The notes under the pieces are model-generated. The model was not told the origin of the DNA. It did not search any database and saw nothing but the letters and a program-made list of their open reading frames with translations. From positions 1-34,195 of the forward strand of contig JAEMRL010000001.1 of the NCBI GenBank assembly GCA_016463385.1: a stretch of 34,195 bases of DNA, given 5' to 3'. Source of the stretch: Thermoleophilia bacterium (GTDB taxonomy: Bacteria; Actinomycetota; Thermoleophilia; Miltoncostaeales; Miltoncostaeaceae). Below are positions 26,528 to 34,195 of the stretch, piece after piece (position 1 is the first letter of the stretch; every line of letters begins with the position of its first letter). Made by a program: the position numbers and the translations under genes.

Positions 26528-27327
26528 AGCTCGACCGCCATCTCCCGCTCGAGGCGGCGGAAGAGCCTCATGCCCACCACCAGCACCAGCACGCCCCCGA
26601 CGCCGCAGTAGATCCAGTCGCCGAGGCCGGGCCAGCCGCCGAAGAACATGATCTCCCGGATCGACGACAGGAACGGCGTGATCGGGTTGCCGTAGTAGAG
26701 GGCGTTCGAGAGCCAGCCGTGCACCGGGTTGGGCAGCGTGTCGAAGGTGTAGAAGATCGGCGTGATGAAGAACCAGGGCACGCCGATCGCGGCCATGATG
26801 TGCTCGACGTCGCGGAAGTAGACGTTCGCCCCGGCCAGCGCCAGCCCGAAGCCGACCGTGAGGAAGGCGAGGAAGACGACGAAGACGGGCAGAACGACCA
26901 GCGGCAGGTAGGAGCCCTGGTTGGCGATCAGGCAGAGGGGCAGGGCGATCACGAACATCGCGCCCGCCGTGAAGCCGTTGGCGAGGATCGCCGAGACGGG
27001 AACGATCTCGCGCGGGAAGCGCACCTTCTTCACGAGGTTCGCGTTGCTGACGATGCTCGACGAGGCCACCTGGGCGCCGCCGAAGAAGAACGTCCAGACC
27101 ACCAGCCCGGTGAACAGGAACAGGGCGTAGTTGGGGATCGTGACGGCCTTGAAGACGTAGGTGAACACCAGCCAGTACGAGGCCACGATCAGGGCGGGCG
27201 TCACCATCGTCCAGATCAGCCCGAACAGGGAGCCCTTGTACTTCTGGCGCACCTCGCGCTTCACGAGGTTGCGGAAGAACGGGGCGAAGCGCCCGTACTC
27301 CGCCATCGCCGTCGAGAGGGTCGTCAC
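26524..27327 (-). CDS. wzm: Polysaccharide ABC exporter permease
   Basis: LVKREVRQKYKGSLFGLIW, NLVKKVRFPRE, YFRDVEHI, FFITPIFY, NPIT. GTG start lies 8 nt after TACACT. Confidence 0.92.
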   Translation of the reverse strand: MTTLSTAMAEYGRFAPFFRNLVKREVRQKYKGSLFGLIWTMVTPALIVASYWLVFTYVFKAVTIPNYALFLFTGLVVWTFFFGGAQVASSSIVSNANLVKKVRFPREIVPVSAILANGFTAGAMFVIALPLCLIANQGSYLPLVVLPVFVVFLAFLTVGFGLALAGANVYFRDVEHIMAAIGVPWFFITPIFYTFDTLPNPVHGWLSNALYYGNPITPFLSSIREIMFFGGWPGLGDWIYCGVGGVLVLVVGMRLFRRLEREMAVEL

Positions 27328-27335
27328 GGCGCGGG

Positions 27336-27341
27336 AGTGTA
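27336..27341 (-). promoter_or_regulatory. Putative -10 box TACACT, 8 nt before the wzm GTG (leaderless)
   Basis: Minus strand reads TACACT-cccgcgcc-GTG. Confidence 0.6.
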
Positions 27342-27374
27342 CTCGGCCCTCCCCGGCCGGCCCCCCGGGGCGGG

Positions 27375-29315
<1,941 letters not shown>

Positions 29316-29345
29316 CCAAGGAGACGCGTGCCCTCACCGCGGCGG

Positions 29346-30038
29346 TCAGGCGGCCAACGGCGGCCACCCGAATCGGATCGGCTGCCAGACGCGCCCCTGT
29401 GCGTCACGGAGGTCGCGCACCACCACAGGGCGCTTGGCGCGCAGGATGTGGAGCACCTGCCTCTGGAGGCACCGGGGGATCGGGATGGTGCCGTCGCATA
29501 CCCGCACCGTCATCCGCATGGTCGCGGAGGACGCGCTGCCGAGGACCTGGATGCTCCCGCCGACGGTCTCGGGACCGAGGCCCGGCCCCGGGGCGGCGGC
29601 CGTCAGGCGGAACCCCGAGCCGTCGCCGTCGAGGAGCACCGCCCAGGCCAACCTCCTGCAGGTGGCCCTGGCGATGACATCGCCCATCGCCCCGCTGGAC
29701 GGCGCCGCCCCCTCGCAGGGGATGAACCCGTCGCGCAGGGACCGGGATCCCGTGACGGCCCTGAGCGTCCGCCGATCGAGCCGTACCGTGACCTGCAACT
29801 CCATCAGCCTCCAGCCCTCGGCAGCGCGCAGGGTCCACTGGCCGCGGGGCGACACCCGGCCCGGCACCACGCCATGGTCGGTGCACACCTGCCCGCTGAT
29901 GAACGGTGCGGGGTACGCCCTGACGGTGCACCCGGGGTCCAGCCCGTCGACCGGCAGCACGAAATCGGGAGGCGCGGCCGACGCCGGGCCGCCCACTGCG
30001 AGGGCGATACAGGCGGCGGCGACCGGTCTCAGCTGCAT
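29346..30038 (-). CDS. Secreted hypothetical protein with six cysteines
   Basis: GGGAG SD before ATG 30038. Signal peptide MQLRPVAAACIALAVGGPASA, and six Cys in the mature part. Confidence 0.6.
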   Translation of the reverse strand: MQLRPVAAACIALAVGGPASAAPPDFVLPVDGLDPGCTVRAYPAPFISGQVCTDHGVVPGRVSPRGQWTLRAAEGWRLMELQVTVRLDRRTLRAVTGSRSLRDGFIPCEGAAPSSGAMGDVIARATCRRLAWAVLLDGDGSGFRLTAAAPGPGLGPETVGGSIQVLGSASSATMRMTVRVCDGTIPIPRCLQRQVLHILRAKRPVVVRDLRDAQGRVWQPIRFGWPPLAA

Positions 30039-30155
30039 CTGGCGCTCCCACGGGGGCCTGGGCGGGTGAGGATCCCACACGCCGGGGACGCGCGGGCCCA
30101 TCATCGATTCGTATGGTTGTCCGCCCGGCGGTTGCCGTGCTCGCGGACGGGGCAC

Positions 30156-30161
30156 TACTGT
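30156..30161 (+). promoter_or_regulatory. Putative -10 box TACTGT, 6 nt before ATG 30168 (leaderless)
   Basis: TACTGT-ccgcgg-ATG. Confidence 0.6.
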
Positions 30162-30167
30162 CCGCGG

Positions 30168-30620
30168 ATGCCCTGTGCCCGCAGACTCGCGCCGGCGCTC
30201 GTCGCCGCACTCGTGATCGCCGTGCTCGCGGCCGGGTCGGCGCTCGCCGCCGACGCGACGCCGGTGACGCAGCGGATCTTCGCGGACTACTCGCTCGACC
30301 GCGTGATCAACGGCGACTACACCGCCTCTGACCTCCAGGCGGCGCTCGACGAGGCCCAGAAACAGGGCGCGCCCTTCGAGGAGTTCGAGGCGGCGGTGCA
30401 GGACGTCTACGACCGCGACTTCCTCGGCCTCGACACCGGTGACGGCGACGGGCTCACGCCCCAGCCGCCCGACCCGGACGAGTCGACGCTCCTGCCGGAG
30501 CCGCGCGGCCCGGGCGAGCGCGACCAGCCGCCGTGGCCCTTCCTCGCGATGTCGGCCCTCGCGGCCGCGCTGGTGCTCTCGGGCGCCGGCAGCTCGATCT
30601 ACCGGCGCGTCCATCGGTGA
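30168..30620 (+). CDS. Small exported protein with a C-terminal membrane anchor
   Basis: Signal peptide (..AGSALA), acidic core, Pro-rich linker, TM helix and basic tail YRRVHR. The stop overlaps the MoxR start. Confidence 0.75.
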   Translation: MPCARRLAPALVAALVIAVLAAGSALAADATPVTQRIFADYSLDRVINGDYTASDLQAALDEAQKQGAPFEEFEAAVQDVYDRDFLGLDTGDGDGLTPQPPDPDESTLLPEPRGPGERDQPPWPFLAMSALAAALVLSGAGSSIYRRVHR

Positions 30621-31459
30621 GGTTCGAGGGCACCACCGGATACATCGCGGGTGACGAGCTGGCGGCGGCGGTCAACGTGGCGGTCGCGCTCGAGCGCCCG
30701 CTGCTGATCCGCGGCGAGCCGGGCACCGGCAAGACCCTGCTCGCCGAGGCGGTCTCGGAGGCCCTCGGGCTGGAGCTGCTGGTGTGGGGCGTGAAGTCGA
30801 CGACCCGCGCGCAGGACGGGCTCTACGTCTACGACACCGTCCAGCGGCTCTACGACAGCCAGTTCGGCGACGGCGACCCCGCCGACATCGCCCGCTACAT
30901 CCGGCTGGGACGCCTCGGAGAGGCGTTCGCCTCACCGGAGCGGGTCGTGCTGCTGATCGACGAGGTCGACAAGGCCGACCTGGAGTTCCCGAACGACCTG
31001 CTGTGGGAGCTCGACCGGATGAGCTTCCACATCCCCGAGACCGGCCGCACGGTGAGCGCCGTGCACCGCCCCGTGGTGATCATCACCTCCAACGCCGAGA
31101 AGGAGCTGCCCGACGCGTTCCTGCGCCGGTGCGTCTTCCACTACATCGCGTTCCCCGGTCCGGAGCAGATGGCGGAGATCGTCCGGGTGCACCACCCCGG
31201 CCTCGACGACGTCCTGATCGCGGCGGCCATGGAGGCGTTCTTCGTGCTGCGCTCGTTCGACGGGCTCCAGAAGCGGCCGACCACGAGCGAGCTGATCGAC
31301 TGGGTGCAGGCGCTGGTGATCTCGGGCGTCGGGGCGGAGCGGGTGCTCACGGAGCTACCGTTCCTCGGAGTGGTGCTGAAGACCCCGCAGGACGTCGAGA
31401 TCGCGCGCCGCCACCTGGCGGTCCGCGGCGCCGACCTCGCCCGCCGGCGAGGGGGTTGA
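30617..31459 (+). CDS. MoxR-family AAA+ ATPase
   Basis: GTGA overlap. GEPGTGKT, YDTVQRLYDSQ, LLIDEVDKAD, ITSNAEKELPDAFLRRC, KRPTTSELIDW. Confidence 0.93.
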   Translation: MRFEGTTGYIAGDELAAAVNVAVALERPLLIRGEPGTGKTLLAEAVSEALGLELLVWGVKSTTRAQDGLYVYDTVQRLYDSQFGDGDPADIARYIRLGRLGEAFASPERVVLLIDEVDKADLEFPNDLLWELDRMSFHIPETGRTVSAVHRPVVIITSNAEKELPDAFLRRCVFHYIAFPGPEQMAEIVRVHHPGLDDVLIAAAMEAFFVLRSFDGLQKRPTTSELIDWVQALVISGVGAERVLTELPFLGVVLKTPQDVEIARRHLAVRGADLARRRGG

Positions 31460-31463
31460 GCCG

Positions 31464-32360
31464 CTGCCGGCGATCGAGATCAGCGGCCTGACCAAGACCT
31501 TCGGATCGGTGCGCGCGGTGGACGACCTCTCGTTCACGGTGGACGCCGGTCGCGTCACCGGATTCCTCGGCCCGAACGGCGCCGGCAAGAGCACGACGCT
31601 GCGGATGCTGCTCGGGCTGGTGCGGCCCGACACCGGCGATGCGACCTTCGAGGGCCGCCGCTACGAGGACCTGCCGCACCCGAGCGGCCAGGTCGGCGCC
31701 GTGCTGGAGGAGGCGAGCTTCCACCCCGGCCGCACCGGCCGCGACCACCTGCGCGTGCTGGCCACGGCCGGCGGGCACCCGCAGAGCCGGGTGGCCGACG
31801 TGCTGGAACAGGTCGATCTCACGCCCGCGGGCGGGCGGCGGGTGAAGGGCTACTCGATGGGGATGCGCCAGCGGCTCGCGATCGCCGCGGCGCTGCTCGG
31901 CGACCCCGAGGTGCTGATCCTCGACGAGCCCGCCAACGGGCTCGATCCGCCGGGCATCCGCTGGATGCGCGACCTGCTGCGGGCCCAGGCCGCCCAGGGG
32001 CGTGCGGTGCTGGTGTCGAGCCACCTCCTGTCGGAGGTCTCCCAGAGCGCCGACGACCTCGTGGTCATGTCGAAGGGCGTGCTGCGCGCCAAGGGCCCGC
32101 TGTCGCAGGTGCTCGGTGCGTCGGAGGGCGGCCCGGTGACCCGGGTGCGCGCCGCCGACGAGGGCGCGCTCTCGGCCGCCCTGCGGGCCGCCGGCATCAC
32201 CGCCGCGCCCGATCCGGGGGGCGGCCTCGTCGCCCACGGCACCGGCACGGCGGCGGTGGGCGAGGCGGCGCTGCGCGGCGGCGTCGCGCTGACCGAGCTC
32301 GTGGCGGTGTCGCGCTCCCTCGAGGAGGCCTTCCTCGAGCTGACGGGGACCGACGCGTGA
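31464..32360 (+). CDS. ABC-2-type transporter ATP-binding protein
   Basis: AIEISGLTKTFG upstream of the first canonical start (GTG 31509), GPNGAGKST, YSMGMRQR, ILDEP, VSSH. Probable CTG start at 31464. Confidence 0.9.
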   Translation: MPAIEISGLTKTFGSVRAVDDLSFTVDAGRVTGFLGPNGAGKSTTLRMLLGLVRPDTGDATFEGRRYEDLPHPSGQVGAVLEEASFHPGRTGRDHLRVLATAGGHPQSRVADVLEQVDLTPAGGRRVKGYSMGMRQRLAIAAALLGDPEVLILDEPANGLDPPGIRWMRDLLRAQAAQGRAVLVSSHLLSEVSQSADDLVVMSKGVLRAKGPLSQVLGASEGGPVTRVRAADEGALSAALRAAGITAAPDPGGGLVAHGTGTAAVGEAALRGGVALTELVAVSRSLEEAFLELTGTDA

Positions 32361-33085
32361 GGGCCCTGCTCGCCGCCGAGCTGATCAAGGTGCGCACGAC
32401 GCGAACATTCTTCGCGCTGGCCGGCGTGGCCATCGTGACCTCCCTCCTGCTCGCGGGACTGGTGGCCTCGCTCACCGAGCCGACCGAGGACTCGGTGCTC
32501 ACGGACGTCTTCGCGTCGGACACGAGCTCGATCTTCATCCTGATCCTCGCCATCGTCGGGATCACGGGCGAGTGGCGGCACCGCACGATCACCAGCTCCC
32601 TGCTGGCCGCGCCCGACCGGATCCGCTTCCTGATCGCCAAGACGGTGGCCTTCGCCGTCGCGGGCGCCGCCCTGTCGATCGCGATCGCGGTGGCAATCGC
32701 CGTGCTGGGCCTGACGATCCTCTCCGCCCGCGGACTCCCGACCCCGGGCGCCGGCGATCTGCTGGAGCTCGCCGCGCGCAATGCCGCCGTGGCCGCCCTG
32801 CTCGGCGCGTTCGGCGTCGGCGTGGGCGCCCTGGTGCGCAACCAGCCGGTGGCGATCGTCGGGGTCTTCGTCCTGGCCCTGATCGTCGAGCCCCTGCTGA
32901 TCGGCCTGGCGCCGTCGGTCGGCCGCTTCGGCCCCATCATCGCCCTGCCGAACGGCATCGTGGGCGTGGGCGACGAGGAGGACTTCTTCGCGGCCGTCCC
33001 GGCGGTGCTGCTGATGCTGGCCTGGATCGGGGTCCTGTTCGCGGCGGGCGCCGCCCTGTTGCGCCGCCGCGACCTGAACTCCTAG
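32357..33085 (+). CDS. ABC-2-type transporter permease
   Basis: AELIKVRT, GEWRHRTI...P.R, six TM segments, C-terminal RRRDL. Confidence 0.88.
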   Translation: MRALLAAELIKVRTTRTFFALAGVAIVTSLLLAGLVASLTEPTEDSVLTDVFASDTSSIFILILAIVGITGEWRHRTITSSLLAAPDRIRFLIAKTVAFAVAGAALSIAIAVAIAVLGLTILSARGLPTPGAGDLLELAARNAAVAALLGAFGVGVGALVRNQPVAIVGVFVLALIVEPLLIGLAPSVGRFGPIIALPNGIVGVGDEEDFFAAVPAVLLMLAWIGVLFAAGAALLRRRDLNS

Positions 33086-33094
33086 GGACGGTCC

Positions 33095-34195
33095 GTGTTC
33101 GAGGGCCTGTTCTACGGCCTGCGCGCCCGGGGCGTCCCGGTCGCGATGGACGAGTGGCTGGGCCTGCAGGAGGCGCTCGCGCGGGGGCTCGCCGACTCGA
33201 GCCTGTCGCGGTTCTACCTGCTGGCGCGCGCGATGCTCGTGAAGTCGGAGCGCCACTACGACGACTACGACCTCGCCTTCGCCGAGTACCTGTCGGGCCT
33301 CGAGCAGGCTGACGACGCGATCGCGGACCGGGTGTGGGAGTGGCTGGCGGAGAACCCGGCCGCCCTCACGATGACGGCCGATCAGCGGGCCTCGCTGGGG
33401 GAGGCGATGGCGCGGATCGACCTCGACGCCCTCCGCGAGCGCCTGGCCGAGCGGCTCGCGAACCAGACCGAGGCGCATCACGGGGGCTCGAAGCACATCG
33501 GCACCGGCGGCACCTCGCCGTTCGGCCACTCGGGATGGCACCCCGGCGGCATCCGCATCGGCGGGGAGGGCCGCAACCGCACCGCCGCGCAGATCGCCGC
33601 CGAGCGCCGCTTCCGCGAGTACCGCTCCGACGAGACCCTCGGGGTGCGAGAGATGGGCGTGGCGCTGCGGCGCCTGCGGCGGCTCACCACCCGGCTCGAC
33701 GGGCCGGAGACCGAGCTCGACCTGGACGCCACCATCGACGCGACGGCCGACGCCGGTGGCGGCCTGCGGCTGCAGTTCCGCCGCCCGCGGCGCAACGCGG
33801 TGCGGGTGCTGCTGCTGCTGGACGTCGGCGGCTCGATGGACGAGCACGCCGCGATGGTCGACCGGCTCTTCTCGGCCGTGCATCAGGGCGGCCGCTTCCG
33901 CGACCTGACGGTCCGCTACTTCCACAACTGCGTCTACGACCGCGTCTACGAGAGCGCACGCCTGCTGCCCTCGCGCTCGGAGCCGACCCTCGACCTGCTG
34001 GCGCGCATGTCGCCCGACCACAAGCTGGTGGTGGTGGGCGACGCCTGCATGGCGCCGAGCGAGCTCGCGATGGTGGGCGGGGCGATCGACTACCACCAGC
34101 ACAACGACGAGCCCGGCTGGGTGTGGCTGGAGCGGCTGGCGCACCGGTTCGCCGCGCGGGCGTGGCTGAACCCGGTGCCCGGCGCCTGGTGGGAC
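33095..34195 (+). CDS. VWA-domain (CoxE-like) MoxR partner protein, 3'-truncated
   Basis: Absent from the ORF track because no stop falls in the window. Manual translation gives MFEGLFYGLRARGVPV..EWL, HHGGSKHIGTGGTSPFG, LDLDATI, MIDAS-like LLDVGGSM, YFHNCVY, VGDACMAP, WLNP. Confidence 0.9.
   Translation, partial: MFEGLFYGLRARGVPVAMDEWLGLQEALARGLADSSLSRFYLLARAMLVKSERHYDDYDLAFAEYLSGLEQADDAIADRVWEWLAENPAALTMTADQRASLGEAMARIDLDALRERLAERLANQTEAHHGGSKHIGTGGTSPFGHSGWHPGGIRIGGEGRNRTAAQIAAERRFREYRSDETLGVREMGVALRRLRRLTTRLDGPETELDLDATIDATADAGGGLRLQFRRPRRNAVRVLLLLDVGGSMDEHAAMVDRLFSAVHQGGRFRDLTVRYFHNCVYDRVYESARLLPSRSEPTLDLLARMSPDHKLVVVGDACMAPSELAMVGGAIDYHQHNDEPGWVWLERLAHRFAARAWLNPVPGAWWD

Noticed and set aside
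30040-30160. Divergent intergenic region with short inverted repeats (gtccgc/gcggac), considered as a riboswitch or ncRNA
   Set aside because: No recognisable riboswitch consensus, and short GC stems are expected by chance. An Rfam/Infernal scan would settle it.

Overview
Very GC-rich (~75%) actinobacterial-type DNA, plausibly Thermoleophilia (inferred from composition, gene content and TANNNT leaderless promoters). Most of the window (1700-29302) is one large cell-surface glycan locus. It holds five GT4 and two GT2 glycosyltransferases and a CDP-branched-sugar module (rfbF, rfbG, C-methyltransferase, two RmlC-type epimerases, a reductase, a methyltransferase, a Wzx-like flippase). It also holds a polyprenol-phosphate GT2 facing two large GT-C-like membrane proteins, and a GDP-D-rhamnose/ABC-export module (rmd, gmd, wzm, wzt with Wzt_C, two coiled-coil methyltransferase paralogs). 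On the left is a 5'-truncated Ig-repeat/HExxH protein. On the right are a secreted Cys-rich protein and an operon of anchored protein, MoxR, ABC ATPase, permease and a 3'-truncated VWA protein. Notable features are many leaderless -10 boxes, a 14-aa uORF coupled to rfbG, three probable CTG starts, convergent wzm/wzt, and two degenerate enzyme paralogs. No RNA genes, mobile elements or CRISPR arrays were seen. Family assignments come from motifs read by eye; no searches were run.
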